The notes beneath the pieces were generated by a model. It did no database searches, was not told where the DNA came from, and saw nothing but the letters and a program-made list of their open reading frames with translations. From positions 310,001 through 374,000 of the forward strand of contig NW_027191462.1 in the NCBI RefSeq assembly GCF_011745625.1: a stretch of DNA of 64,000 bases. Direction: 5' to 3'. The stretch comes from Cladosporium halotolerans. Taxonomy: Eukaryota. How positions within the stretch are numbered: the first letter of the stretch is position 1; every line of letters begins with the position of its first letter. Positions 47,001 through 59,026 of the stretch are shown piece after piece. The translations under genes were made by a program, and so were the position numbers.

Positions 47001-47548
47001 GGAATAGCAATTTTCTCCTTTGCGAGACCACGCTCTGCTTGTTCGATCTCCTGCGCAGGCCTAGCAGGGATCTGCTCGATGGTCTTCTTCAAGACGTGTA
47101 GTGCTTCTTCAGCTGCTTTCTCACGCTTGCCTTGTCTTGGTTGAATATTCTCAAGCAGTTCATCGACCTGCAGCTTAAACATGTTGCTCTTAAAGGTGCC
47201 GGAGGTGAATGCGCTAGCTCCAGAGGCAAGCGCATCCTTCGCAGATGTTCGTCCAGTCTTTCGTCCAATTTGGGCAGCGAGCTGCTGTTTAGTCGGTTTG
47301 TCGGCACCGTTGGCAGGCTGTTCCTGCTTGGATCCGGGTGCATCCTCTTCCTCTCCGTCCTCATCGTCATCCTCTTCACTGCCATCTTCCATGTCCTCGT
47401 CAACATCATCCTCATCCATCTCTTCATCGCTTACGTCGTCTTCTGCATTTTCAGCTTCCTCGAACGAAGCAAACGATGCATTATCCTCCTCTTCGTCACC
47501 TGACGACACATGGTCGAGTTTCCTTCTCTTGTTGCCAGCGAGCGCCAT
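44030..47548 (-). CDS. UTP22: U3 snoRNA-associated protein 22 (Nrap family)
   Basis: Intronless ORF from MALAGNKRRK; acidic N-terminus, SNMFKLQVDELL, FQEKDFLNHRFFYKRSYY, FWGEKAELRRFKDGSILES, RWPDDLGAIQRTKIAFL. Confidence 0.93.
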   Translation of the reverse strand: MALAGNKRRKLDHVSSGDEEEDNASFASFEEAENAEDDVSDEEMDEDDVDEDMEDGSEEDDDEDGEEEDAPGSKQEQPANGADKPTKQQLAAQIGRKTGRTSAKDALASGASAFTSGTFKSNMFKLQVDELLENIQPRQGKREKAAEEALHVLKKTIEQIPARPAQEIEQAERGLAKEKIAIPFPDPRPPKDAKYKLEYARPSNINVVGSHALKTSNRAREVAELDMVIQMPSSLFQEKDFLNHRFFYKRSYYLACLAAGLKKAHAKAYNIQFQEMHGNALNPTIIIAPKQASSEQAEQKPVLKWQVNIVLAVAQDVFPVEKLGLDRNCVRATDAPDGSSANAPTPFYNSTLRSNMLVTPYLKLLHKAATSCSSFRDACLLGSSWLRQRGFGSNIAAGGFGNFEWSALMAALLSGGGPGDKPVLSGGYSSYQLLKATLQLLVVKDFSRQPFVIGTASTPPKLQDGSPVLWDEERHHNLLYKMTPWSYKLLQSAAKTTLSMLADQKFDGFESTFILRTDNTLMRFDMSLELEQTAFIKSDPSKTSNVQQSLRKLYQTLQRGLGDRVTLINIRQPASGPWNIGTARPNQHSKGSVTVGIVINSDNVNRTVDHGPSAENKAEAASFRKFWGEKAELRRFKDGSILESLIWSAGENGQSVLEQITRYLLQRHFSSAVEQSAKFMGDEFSRMIRNGASNACFEPFIEAYRKLERDMRDLEEVPLTIRQLMPADAQLRFASIDAPMVGRTSQQTKPADVTMQFEGSNRWPDDLGAIQRTKIAFLLKFSELLEENVEGVSTRIGLENEDTDVFNQGFLDVTYESGATFRLRIHHEREQSFLERQLKDKTTDPKSRELAALALAKYKCDSLKTPAHTQAVAQLCNRFPTLSGTMRLTKKWFASHLLSNHIAEEVIELLVARTFVQPWPWSAPSSVQTGFLRTLFWISRWDWRADPLIVDLSGSGELQQTELQAITTRFEAWRKLDPSLNRVVFFAASNVDQDGVSWTDGKPSKVVASRLTALARAAVSAVEQQKLGLEPASLFVSPVNDYDFVLHLSATATGRKRRSSKAAPAFKNLELETLNDTSLVGYDAVNSFYSELEILYGSSILFFVNGTDKPVIAGLWNPQTAPRSWKVNLSYSTIPVKTGAEDEVNAEINKEGILAEIARLGGDLITKIDVNR

Positions 47549-47865
47549 TTTGTCTGGTTGATCTGCGAATGTCTGGTCGCTGTCGCAAAAAGTTATGGAC
47601 TTTCGGCTCAAGCTCTGCCGGCTGCAGCAAGCGCGCACGGATCGGCCCTCAAAGTGGAGTGGAGGCAAAACAGGGCCTATCGATAAGAGTCAGAGACTGG
47701 GGGAGTCTGCAATGACACAGCGCGAGCGGGCTGCCTCCGAAGTCGCTGATATATTTCCCGCCCAAACCCTCTATAGCATTTTGAGAAACATTCTGCATCG
47801 CAAAGCCGCGATTACATCCTACACAATTTGGTTTTGGGTGTCGCTGTGCCCAATCCGGACGCAAT

Positions 47866-49808
47866 ATGCCAGGAGTGATTTTACCTTTCAACGAGACGGT
47901 GGGCGACACCATCCCGCCAGACACGCCACACGTAAGTGACGTTTGCCATATCATACTGGTTACTTAAGTGACTGACGATTGTCCTATACAGGCCGTCAGT
48001 GTCTCTCTGCCAACATGGGATGCAAATGTGGGGTATGAGAAGGGCGAGAAATGGGTGGTTGATAAGATGCAATGCGGGTATCCCAGGTCAGTCATGCCAG
48101 CCGTCGTCTTCGATTGGGACTCGCTCATCAGATCTTTAGATTCTTCATTCACCCTTCAATTCAGAAGCTTGCAGGATGCATCGTAGACAAATATGCTTCA
48201 CCAGACTCCGACAAAGCGATGCTCTTCCCATCAAAGCGATGTGCCTTGCGCTGCATCGAGTTCCTTCGCGAACAGAACCCGGATGTGGACCACGTAAGGA
48301 TCCGGGAACTGGACTTCATCCCCCACCCAGAGAAGACTCCTGTCAATGATAAGCAAAAGATCCTACCGAGATTGTCTGCTGTCGTCTACCCGAGCGAACT
48401 CTGGCCAACTGCAAAGACTTACTGGCAGCACGTTGGTGATGGTATCTCAAGCCGCAGAGCCGATTTCTGTCAGAAGGCTTTCGATGAGAACGTCATGGTC
48501 GAACGCAATGCCGTCCGCGGTTCGCCACCTCGTATGACGAAGGGCCCACGACGATACCAGCGTAACGTTTCGGTGGATACCACCAAGCCGAATTCCTTGA
48601 ACGAAACTGGATCTGGCAGTGAGGAGACCGCCCCCGAGGCTGGCATCCAGGATCTGGCTCAATTCGTTGAGGAGAGATTCGGCCGCAACTTGAACATGGA
48701 ATTTGCCTCGCAAGCGAAGCTGGCCATCAGAACGAGAATTGCTGGCTCTCTGACTGTCGACGTTGATCTGCCTGAATCGCTTGAGCATCCTTCGGATCCT
48801 GCACATGAGCGTTCTCGCGATGTCCCTGGGTTTTCCGTCGACGATGTCTACCTTCACTCATGTGGCATGAACGCAATCTTCACAGCTCACCGAACCATGC
48901 GTCTGGCGCGAGGCGAAATGAAGAGTATCATGTACGGCTTCCCTTACGTCGACACCCTGAAGATCCTCGAAAAGTGGGGACCTGGCGCTCTATTCTACGG
49001 CCTCGCTTCGCAATCAGAGCTCGACGACCTTGAGAAGCGCCTCGAGTCAGGCGAGCGATATCTCGCCGTCTTCTGCGAATTCCCCGGCAACCCTCTCCTC
49101 CGCAGCCCCAACCTCAAGCGTATCCGCGAGCTCGGCGACAAGTACGACTTCGGTGTCGTGGTAGACGAGACGATCGGCAACTTCCTTAACATCCACGTGC
49201 TGCCGTACGCGGACGTGGTCGTCAGCAGCCTGACGAAGATCTTCAGCGGCGACAGCAACGTCATGGGCGGCGCGATGATCCTCAACCCGCAGGGCCGCTA
49301 CTACGCGCGCCTGAAGGAGATCTTGGCGGACGAGTACGAGGACAACCAGTTCGAAGAGGACAGCGTGTATCTCGAGCGCAACTCGCGCGACTTCGTCAGC
49401 CGCCTGGGCCGCATCAACCACAACGCCGAGGTCATCGCCGACACGCTGCGCGCCCACCCGCGTATCAAGCAGGTCAATTACCCGAAGTTTGGCGACACGA
49501 AGGACTACTACGACGCGTGCAAGCTGCCTGACGGCGGCTACGGTGGCTTGCTCAGCTGCACGTTCTACAGCATGGAAGACGCGGCAACGTTTTACGACCA
49601 CCTGAACACGCAGAAGGGGCCGAGTCTGGGAACGAACTTCACGCTTAGCTCGCCTTTTGTCATTCTGGCGCATTTTACGGAACTGGACTGGGCTGCGAAG
49701 TATGGCTGTGAAGCGAGCCTGGTTCGCTTCAGCATTGGTTTGGAGCATACAGAGGCACTCAAGGCTGTGTTTGAATATGCGCTCAATTCGATTAGCAAGA
49801 GCGAGTAA
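47866..49808 (+). CDS. STR2: Cystathionine gamma-synthase (PLP-dependent, Str2/Met-7 type)
   Basis: Introns 47932-47991 and 48087-48139: IPPDTPH|AVSVSLPTW..GYPR|FFIHP; FVEERFGRNL, CEFPGNPLL, VVDETIGNF, SSLTKIFSG (PLP lysine), KGPSLGTNFTL. Confidence 0.92.
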
Positions 49809-49953
49809 TAGACGGCTGACGTTGACAAAGACATACACTGAAACGTTGAAGATGTCGACCAGGCTGAACAAACTGTCATGACTCCGTTTCCTTGGGTATC
49901 TTAATGCTGTGTAAATGTACAATCGTTGGCTTCACCACGCAAAATAATCAGAA

Positions 49954-52900
49954 TCAAGCTTGCGTAAAAGGCAGAGTCGTCTGTCCTCTCTCCGGGTCGC
50001 TCATCTTGTGGATGCTCACGTCCTCGCCCAGCTGCACGTTGCTCATGCTCTGCGGTGTGATGAGGATGAACTGCCTACCCACAGATCTCCTCGCGGCCTG
50101 GATCATCATGCTCATGCTCGTGGCACGGTTGACAGAGTCCATGAAGACGTCAAATTCATCCAGGCAGCGGATGGGACTGCCCATAGCTTCCCAGATGGCG
50201 AGCAAGAGACAGATCGTGGAGAAAGACTTCTCACCACCAGACAGCGTCTGCGTCTTGCGGCCTGAATCGGACTGCTTGGTAAGATCAGGTTCGACCTTGA
50301 TGTCGAGCTCTTTGCCCTTGTGGTCCATGATAACCCGACCGCGGAACTGGCGTTCGCTGAGGAGGTAGCTGAACATGAAGCGCGCACGGAAGGAGATGTA
50401 TTTGCGAAACATTTTCCAGCGGTGGTTGCGCTCGTCCAGAGCTCGTTTAACGGCCTATCATCCGTGAGTAAGTGCGCCCAATTGACAATATTTGGAATAC
50501 TGACCTTTGCAAAGCGAAGCATTTCCGTCAACTGACCCCTGGCGTCTTGATACTCCTGCTTCGCCTGGCGCCACGCCACCGTGAGCTCTTCCCTTGTGCC
50601 ACCAGCTTCCATTTGGGCACGTTCATACTCTTTCATGAACTTGTCGAGACGCTTGTCTAGCATGTCTGTCGTGACGCCCTCTTCGACGGGAATGCGTCTA
50701 CAGATCTTTTCCGCTTCGCTCACGAACTCGACCTGAACACGCGTTCGCTGGGTATCTCTCCTCGCCTCATGCTCCGCGAGACTTGCCTTGGCGGAGTCAA
50801 TTTCCTCAAGCGCCAGGTTCTTCTCTCGTAGAGCGTTCACGCGGTCATTCTCGATTTTGCTCTTCTTGCTCTCAGCCTTTTCGATCTGCTTCTCCACAGT
50901 CTGGTACTCCTGAAGTGCCGTAGTGTATCTGGCCTTTAGTTCCACGTCCTGGTCGTTAAGGCGGTCCTTCCAATCGATGGCATCTTGATACGAGCTCTGG
51001 GTAGCGGTAACGTCCTCGTTGACGGTGGCAAGTTGACTTTGCAGTTCTTGAAGCTTGCCATCCTGAGGACGGTTGTTCTCAATTTCATTCTGCATGGCCT
51101 CTACAGCGTCATCGGCCTGCTGCTTACGGACTCGCAGTTCCTTGTTCCGCCGCTCCCATCGGTTCAGCGCCTGTCCGGCAACTTTATGAGTCTCTTGTAG
51201 ACCTCGGGCATCCCGCTGTAGAGCTGCGAGCTCACGCTTTGCGTGGTCTTCGTTCTCTTTCGCCCTCCTGATCTGTTCCGCACGATCTGATTGCATTCGG
51301 ACCTGGCCCTCCCAGGGGTGGATTGGGGTTGCTTTCGGTTGCCCTGAACGAGAGAAGTCGTATCGGATACCACTGCCCCGCTTCGCGCCAAATGCCATTG
51401 CAACTTTGACATTGCGAGGTCTGACTGATCCGTTCATGAATGCGCTTGCCTCATTGTTGTCGGGGATGAGTACAGTCTGTTCGATTGCTTGGTTGATGAT
51501 CAGCTGGTTGCGCACCATATCGTTGTCGATGTCGAGGACTCCGAGAATGGTGTCCAGACCTTCATCAGGCTCTTTGTCCGTGGTGTCGAGTGGCTGGTCG
51601 GGTCCGATGTAGATTTGCACAGAGCAGTTGACCCGTTTCATGATCTGACTGAGCAGCATCTGATCGTCTTTGTTCGTACAAACGAAGGCATCGAGAACAC
51701 CACCGAAAGTCTTCTCAAGCTGGGAAGACCACTCCTGCTTCTTGAGCTTTACGTGCAATCCCATGGGTCCGACTGGCTTTTTGCGCCATCGTGTCTCGTT
51801 GTCGACGGCCTTCACGAGCTGGGGCATATTCGGTCGGAAAGGTGCCAGCTTCGAGCCATGGTTGGTCTGGAGGCGCTGCACCAGGCCCGAGGCTTTCTCG
51901 CAGATTTCACTCTGAGCGGAAATTGGCTCCTTCGCGTTGTCAAGAGCCGCTTTTGCCTCGGCCTGTTCCTTGATAAGAATCGGCCTCTGAGCGGCGTGCT
52001 CTTCGACTTCGGCATCGATGTCCACGACAGCTTGCCTCAGTTCTTCGAGCCTCTGAACGCGCTCGTTGTACTCAGGTCCTTCAGCACCGCTAAGGCGGGC
52101 CTCCTCTTCGGCAATCTCTTGTTCCAGACGCCTCTTGTTGCTCGTATGAGACTTGAGGTCATCTTTGATCCTTCGCTCCTGCGCACGCTGGTCCTGAATT
52201 TCTTTCGTGTTTGCATCCAACGCAGCCTTCTCTTCGCTCCAATGATTGCGAACGTCATCGACGGTACTGCGAACGCTGACGAGGTGATTGCAGGCAGCTT
52301 CGAAGGCTTGATTATGACCATCATATGCGCCAGACGCATCCGAAGCAGCCGCAGTCACATCTTCGATGCGCTGCTCCTGCAGCCTGACATCGCGCTCAAA
52401 TGTCTCCAGTGTCCGTTCTTGCTCCTCGACCTGAGCCCAAGCGTGCATCCACTGCGTCTTTTTGATGTTGTCCTGAATGGTGCGGCTTGCGTCGAGCCGC
52501 TTCTTGCGCTTCTCTGCGTCTTCTGCTTTCTGTCTGAGCACGCCTATGTCCTCCTCTCTGCTGCGAAGCTTAGTCTCGATTCCGTCAAGGTGCTCTTCGA
52601 GCAACTTGTAGTCGGCATCAAGGGTCTCGAGCTGGGTACCCTTGATGAAGAACTTGTACTTGTCCGCCGCAGTGCTGTTCGAAAGAAACTGACGCGCCAT
52701 ATCCTGCGTCAAAACATTGATTGGGTTGTCCAGTTGGAAGGCAAAATAGTCAAGAATGTCGTCCAAGTCGCTCTTCCTGGTCGTGATGATCTTGTCCTCC
52801 GCGTTCTTGATCTTGAAACCGCTAGCACCACCTCGAGAGAAATGGCGCTCAACAGTGATGCTCGTGCCGTACAAATCGGGCTTATACGCGCCGTCGCCTC

Positions 52901-53477
52901 TGTTCTTAATCTTCACAGCCAAAGTAGCGCTCTCCTCGCCCTCCTTGATCAAGCTCTTGAGACTCGCACCGCGGTTCGTCGCCGTAGCTTTGCCACCAAG
53001 GCACATAGTCAGCGCCGTGAGAACAGCACTCTTGCCACTACCATTGTGTCCGATGATGAAATTGATCAGAGGGCCCAGCTTAATCCTAAGATTCCCGTGG
53101 CACATGAAGTTGCGACACCTCACCTCCTCAATAACGCCATACTCGGACGCCACGTTCTCCTTCTGCGTGCGGATGCCCTTCTGCACGAACTGGCTCGCGC
53201 GGATCTCGTCGATCTCCTCGTCCTCCGCTTCCCTCTCGTGCTCGCTCCCTTGTTCATCGCCATCTTCCCCTTCCTCTTCAAACCCGTTGATCAGCTGATT
53301 GAGGTCCGCCTCGCTCTCGTCGTCGGAGACCGTCGAGCCGCCTCGCTCTTGCGCGAGCGCTACGCGCGACCGTTTGGCGTTCTGCCGGAAGCTGGAGCTC
53401 GCGCTCTCGATTTCTACGTCGTCGGAGACGGTGTCGTCATCGTCGTCGTCCCTCGTACGCTTGCGCGCAGAGGACAT
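49954..53477 (-). CDS. SMC6: Structural maintenance of chromosomes protein 6 (Rad18/Smc6)
   Basis: Walker A GHNGSGKS, NFMCH, LTQDMARQFL, coiled coils and hinge; intron 50504-50455; signature LSGGEKSF and Walker B CLDEFDVFMD. Confidence 0.95.
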
Positions 53478-54015
53478 CGTGCCTTCTACGACTTTAGAGC
53501 GTTCCGAGGAGGCCGTGGGAGAGGCGTTGGCCGGTTGTTGGTGGGGTTGTTCGTTGTGAGACTTTCAGGCTGCCGTGAGGAGACGCGCCGACGCGCCTGG
53601 GCTGAAACGCGAAGCGGGACTTGCCGAGTGGTGGTAGTGAGGGTCTGGCACAACTCATCTTCAGGTACCTAAGCTCTCACATTGACTGATGCAGATATGG
53701 TCGATTGTCTGGAATAGTCTTTTGTCATGATTGAGATTATGCAGAAAAAGAGGATATCATTTCATAAGACATTATCTACGTCAGGATCATCTTCGCAGAA
53801 ACCAGAAAATAAACCATCACGGAAACCGAACCAACAGTGCCAATTCGCGACATCCTGCGAAGGGGTATAAGGCGCGAACTGAATGGAAAAGAAAAAACGG
53901 AAGACGTTCATAAAACATCCGCTGCCCCTCAACGGTGCCCAATCCCGTCAATGCGTCTAGGCGAGAGCTCCACCACAGAAGCACTTTTTTGCGAGGCCGG
54001 CGCCAGGCAATAAGT

Positions 54016-55779
54016 TCACGAGCGGGTAGCTCGGTGCTCCTTGGTGGCGGCCCAGCCCTTGATGGTAAAGCAAATCAACTCCCAAGCCATGATGATGCCC
54101 GTAAGACCGATGGTGATGGTGAAAATGGTCATGGCGTCCAGGCCATTGACCTCGATCGCTGTAACGCTGTCATGCGCGCTGTTCATGAAAAGAATGCCGC
54201 CAGCTGTCAAGCAGAAGGCAGCGACGAGATCGCTAGGCGGACGAGAAGGGAAGTGGGAAGTGGGCGGCTTGATGTACAGCATCAGGTAGGTGACGGCGCG
54301 CGTCATGGCGAAGCCGGTGAAGAGCATGCCCCATTGCGCGTGCATCATCGTGCTGACCATGCTGTTCTGGTGGTGTCCGGACATCATCATGCCGAGGAAC
54401 ATGATTGTCAGAGCGGGCATGGGATTGAGCGACAAGCTGTAGGTCGCAGGGCGCTCCCAGCGCTTGTGGCCGCCTTCTTGTGCTGGCGAGTAGCCGCTGA
54501 TGTCCTTGAACCCGGCATCGTCCAGAGTGTTGGGGTCCTCGCTCTTTTGCAATTCCACAGTCGCGCTTGTCAAGTCGCGGACAAGTCTCGACTCAATAAT
54601 CATGCCAAGCAAGCCACCGCCGAAGAACAGGATTGTGATGCTGACATGCTCAAAGTCTTGTGGGCTCCACTCACCGCCCCAGTTGTTCATGTGCTCGAGG
54701 AAGACATTACTCGCGCCATACAACCAGATGACGAAAGACTCCGTGAACTCGGCAGACGGAACCATGGTCTTCCATCTTGCCACGAGTGGCTGACTTGGCC
54801 GAATGTTCCATGCCCAGCCGAATTCTGCGAAAGCGCCCATCCAGCGGCCAAGGGTCAGCAGACCGTACCAGAAGAAGATGCCGCCTTTGATGTAGTGCGC
54901 AAGACCAGAGAAGACTTCGCGATTCTGGAAAAGGCCGCCGTACACGACAAAGCCAGTGGTGATGCCGAGAAACCCCAAGATCAACAAGAGCTTCTCTAGC
55001 ACAATTTGGCCGAAACGCAAAGCAGCTGACACGCGTGTGCCAGACACCCGGGTAGTGAAGCTTGAAAGTGATCTCTGCACTCGACCATTGCCAAGGAACC
55101 CGCGACTTTCAGCACTCACGTCGTCCTCATGATCGTGCTCGTCGTTTGGAATATGCTCGTCCTTGTTGTAAATCGAGTCAGAGCTATTGGCGCGCGATCC
55201 AGCGGAGAAATTTCCGGAGTCGCTGGAAAAGCGATAGCTTGCCGGACTGTCCACATATTGCTGGTAGGCATCCTCCGTACCGACATGTTGCTGAAAGACC
55301 GAGGAATCCTGACCGTGGCGCTGTTTTCGGGGAGCTGCGAAAGCTGTCGCAAACGAGAGGATAGTCCAGACAATCGATATCGCGGTAATAGCCCAGCCGG
55401 CCGGATGATGTGAGTTGGTGACATAGAGGTCTGGTGTAGATTGGTTATAGACGAAACCGGTGAACAGACCAAGTCCGTTGAGGACGTGGAACCCAACTTG
55501 AGCTGGAAGGTGGTAGCGTGATCGCGCAACACTGAGCATTATTGCAGGCGGAAGCACCACTACCCACGCAATAATCAACAGCGCGATGTGTGCGTACATC
55601 CATCCTGCGTACTCTGGATGCCTGAAGTAATTCGGCGGAAAATCCGCGATCTCGGGTTTCATCGCTGCCTCGTGACCATGCTCGCCCTGCGAATGTTCGT
55701 CGCCATGGGCGGCGATCGGAGGTAGTGATCCTAGTAGGAGAGCCGCAGAGGCTAGGATGGTGGCGCGACTTGTCTGCAT
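54016..55779 (-). CDS. Multi-pass integral membrane protein, Ytp1/DUF2427-like
   Basis: Signal peptide MQTSRATILASAALLLGSLPPIAAHGDEH, His-containing TM helices, LAHYIKGGIFFWYG, SNVFLEHM, LNPMPALTI, MSGHHQ..STMMHAQWG. Confidence 0.82.
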   Translation of the reverse strand: MQTSRATILASAALLLGSLPPIAAHGDEHSQGEHGHEAAMKPEIADFPPNYFRHPEYAGWMYAHIALLIIAWVVVLPPAIMLSVARSRYHLPAQVGFHVLNGLGLFTGFVYNQSTPDLYVTNSHHPAGWAITAISIVWTILSFATAFAAPRKQRHGQDSSVFQQHVGTEDAYQQYVDSPASYRFSSDSGNFSAGSRANSSDSIYNKDEHIPNDEHDHEDDVSAESRGFLGNGRVQRSLSSFTTRVSGTRVSAALRFGQIVLEKLLLILGFLGITTGFVVYGGLFQNREVFSGLAHYIKGGIFFWYGLLTLGRWMGAFAEFGWAWNIRPSQPLVARWKTMVPSAEFTESFVIWLYGASNVFLEHMNNWGGEWSPQDFEHVSITILFFGGGLLGMIIESRLVRDLTSATVELQKSEDPNTLDDAGFKDISGYSPAQEGGHKRWERPATYSLSLNPMPALTIMFLGMMMSGHHQNSMVSTMMHAQWGMLFTGFAMTRAVTYLMLYIKPPTSHFPSRPPSDLVAAFCLTAGGILFMNSAHDSVTAIEVNGLDAMTIFTITIGLTGIIMAWELICFTIKGWAATKEHRATRS

Positions 55780-57511
55780 GGATTGCCAGGCGCGTAGCGA
55801 TTGTTGGTAAGACGCAGATATCGAAGGCGCGATTGAGTGGTTTTCAGAACCGTGAGTATGATGAGTAGGCGACAATCTTGCGAAGCAGCCGGCGCGACGA
55901 GACTGGATTAAAGAGGTGAAATGGAGGTGGGCGAAGGACCGGCGCGAAGGGCGCAGATGCGACGCCGGGTGCTTATGAAAGCACGACCACGCAGGATCCT
56001 CACGATCCATCATTAGGGACCGACGATGACTCGGATCCGGTCGGCGGACGAATGGTGCCAGCAAGGAGTGCCCGGAGGCAACGATCTGTAAGCAGAGGCA
56101 TCATCGCGATGCAGAAGGGACTCATGTGAACACGGAGGCCGCCAAAGTCCGAGGCAAGGCGCGGATATGGACAGTAGTGTCGGCAGTCTGACGTGATGCA
56201 GAGCTCTTGTCGATACAGACCTTTGCTCATACAGTATAGCACGCCAGGATCGCTGCAAGGCTACGCTAGCGCCACCGCTTGCTGGCTTCCGTCGAGTGCC
56301 GAAGGGTCAAGGTTCCCACAGGGCTGGCACGCCGTCTGTCTGCCACCGTCTGTGCATGGTGAGGTCTTCTTTGGCGGCTGTCATGCACGCAGCGTATGTC
56401 GACACCTTACTTTGTGATAGCGGCGGAACCTTAGAAGCCATGTGTTCAGCCCAGCTCCAGAGATCTATACAGACCATCGAGCATGGTTTACCACAGGAAG
56501 CCAGGAAGGCGAGTATTTGCCGACGGGTTTCATACTGTCATACTTGACTCGGCCGAGCTCCGCCCACCACCGAGATTGTGCAGTGCAACCTCTTCCTGGT
56601 TTTCTTGGCTGACTTACTACAGAAAGTCTAAACGCGATCGCATGGGCGCAACGGCCTCTCGAGCCTTTTCACTCCGCCGAACAATCGTCCAGAGAAGTCC
56701 CGCGCTGGATCCGCAATGTTTGCGATGAGCTAAGATTTCCGAAATCTTCTTTGCATGCCGGGATGTGCGCTTCTCGTCCGTCACAGCGGAGGAACCGTAA
56801 ACCCATGCTCTCTTGAGGACCAACCTGGAAGGTCAAGCATGGAGTGTGCGAATGCGCGACTGCGAAAGCGCAAGTCAGCCGCACACCGGTGTGCGCACCA
56901 AACCCCCGCCAGCCCTGCAAGCCCCCACCGGCGGCTTCAACCCGCTTCGTGCCGATATCCGAATCCTGCAGCCACCAGCCACGCGCTGCACCTCGAGCGC
57001 GCTCCTCGTGACCGCCCGTATCTTGGCCTATTGTGTGCTGCATAACTCGACGCGTCCGAGTGTCGATGTGGACCAATGCCCAATGTGCTGTACCCTCCTC
57101 CGTGGTCGACAGTCTTACCGGATTGATGGGCTGATGCGGCGGTGGCCTGTCCGACTTGTCATCTGCCTACATTAAGGTAATCCAGCTGTCAGCATCAGGC
57201 ATCTTCGTCAAGAGTTGACAGGCACCGGCAGCATCGGATTTTGGTAAGCTCCGTATCCGCGTCCATGTGAGGCCATGCCGTTTTCTGGGCATTGCACAGC
57301 GATGGCGCAACATGCTTTCTCTTTGCAACCTCCGGATTCAGGATTAGCATCTATCCGGTGCAAGCGATTATTGTCATGATGCTGAGACGCATATAACCAT
57401 GTAATTTGGAGAGATCTTGGTGTCCAGGACCAAGAGACATGCAAGCCATTGTATAGATAGACGCCAAAAAGACACTTCAGAGCAAGTAATATCATGCCTC
57501 ATCCCACCATA

Positions 57512-59026
57512 CTATCCGAAGTCCATCTTGAGCGGCAGCTGGTGATAAAGCTGGTAGTCCGTCTCGATGCTCCATTCCAGCACGAAATACTTCGTCAAAG
57601 CAACAATGCCTGCCCGATCAAGCTCTCGCTCGTGTTCAGGCAGACGCCAAAACTCAACATCGTCAAGCCCTAGGAGATCTTGGTCGAGCTCTTTGTCGCC
57701 GATCAGAATGCGCACGGCGTCCGTGACAACCCTGACAAGATCTTCAGAGTCGCCACTCCCTGCCATGATGGCTGAATGTGCCATGTCCCCCATGCTACTC
57801 CTCACGAATTCGCCGTCCCAACCTATGTCAATTAGTGCATCTGAACGATTGCCGATGGCGAGTTTGACGAGCGAAGCGAGCTCCGAACGGTAAACACCCA
57901 TGACGGGCCTCCCGTAAGCGAGCAGAATGTCGCGCATGCCACGGTGCATGCTCCAAGAAAGCGAGTTCCACGGGAGGCAATCAAGCGCGATCTTGAGCTT
58001 CTGCTCACAATCCGCTGGAACGTTCATATAGACTCCCTTCTTGGCCTCGCCAGTGCCGGGGAGTGTCAGACCCAGAACGCTTGTGTCCAAGTCCTCGTCG
58101 GCAGTCGGGACTGCAGTGATCAAGTCCACTTCGAATACTTTGCCGCCCATCATGTTGTACAGGTGACGGCTCCCATGTGCTCCTCCAACCCCCTTCTTGA
58201 CAAATCTCAACTCGTAGCTACCGGGGGACTTACGTCCACAGAATGCTATTTTGCAATTCGCACTGCGTGACTGAACTATTCCCGCTTGCATGTGCACGCA
58301 GCCGTCCACCCTCTGCACGTAGCTAAGCGGGTATTTGTCCGTGGCTGTCGAGTGCGAGTCGTGTGGCATGAGAGTGACCATGGCCTCCTGACCGATAGGC
58401 CAGTTGATATGCCACTGACCAGCGTACGACGCATATCCGGCGCGAAAGCCCGCGGAATCGCTGTACTGGAACGCCTTTCGGGCATTCGTGAGGCACAGGA
58501 GGGTGATGAAGGTCGTCCGCGAAATGGTGACGCAAGCACTGGACTGGTACTGCTTCATGTACGACTTCGGGAGGTGAACCCACGTTGCGTCCATCTCTCG
58601 AGATCCCACGGAGACTCTTGGTTTCGAGGCCGGCCACCCTTTCTCCGCTTCGCTTTCGGACGTCCTGGGGCTGTGCTCAAGGGCTGGCTTCTGCGCATGG
58701 AATATAGCAAGCAGGACGGCCCATGCAGCCTTGCCAGACAGTCCGTCGCTGGTCAGGGGGAGGCGGGTCATGTGTAGGAGGTTCTTGCCGCAGAACGAAG
58801 CCGACAAGCTTGCTTCCAGCTCAGGACCCACGGGAGGAGGCTTCGCTATGATCCACCAGGGAAACTGCTGTTGTCGGCGAAATCATATGCCGAGATACTC
58901 GACGCGGTAGAAGTGAAAGGGGTCCATCTTGTCATTGATGGCATTCACTTGGGAGATGAGCCCGCCAAGGCCGACGGTGGTGACTGCAAATGAAAGCCAT
59001 GTCGCAACCGCAGCAGATGCGTCCAT
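57512..59026 (-). pseudogene. Hypothetical fungal protein interrupted by one in-frame TGA
   Basis: MDASAAVATWLSFAVTTVGLGGLISQ..EYLGI*FRRQQQFPWWIIAKPPPVGPEL.. continues in the same frame into the 439-aa ORF; the only interruption is TGA at 58885-58883. Confidence 0.72.

Noticed and set aside
47549..47668. ORF-track N-terminal extension of UTP22
   Set aside because: Non-ATG start and non-protein-like sequence within the shared promoter; MALAGNKRRK is the credible start.
51489..53672. 727-aa plus-strand ORF
   Set aside because: Antisense shadow of SMC6 with no recognisable motifs.
53935..54999. 354-aa plus-strand ORF
   Set aside because: Antisense shadow of the Ytp1-like gene.
55780..56064. 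ORF-track N-terminal extension of the Ytp1-like protein
   Set aside because: Signal peptide begins at ATG 55779; upstream translation looks like UTR.
56600..57100. Possible small spliced gene between the Ytp1-like gene and the nonsense-interrupted gene
   Set aside because: Acceptor-like sites exist but no coherent exon chain or recognisable product.
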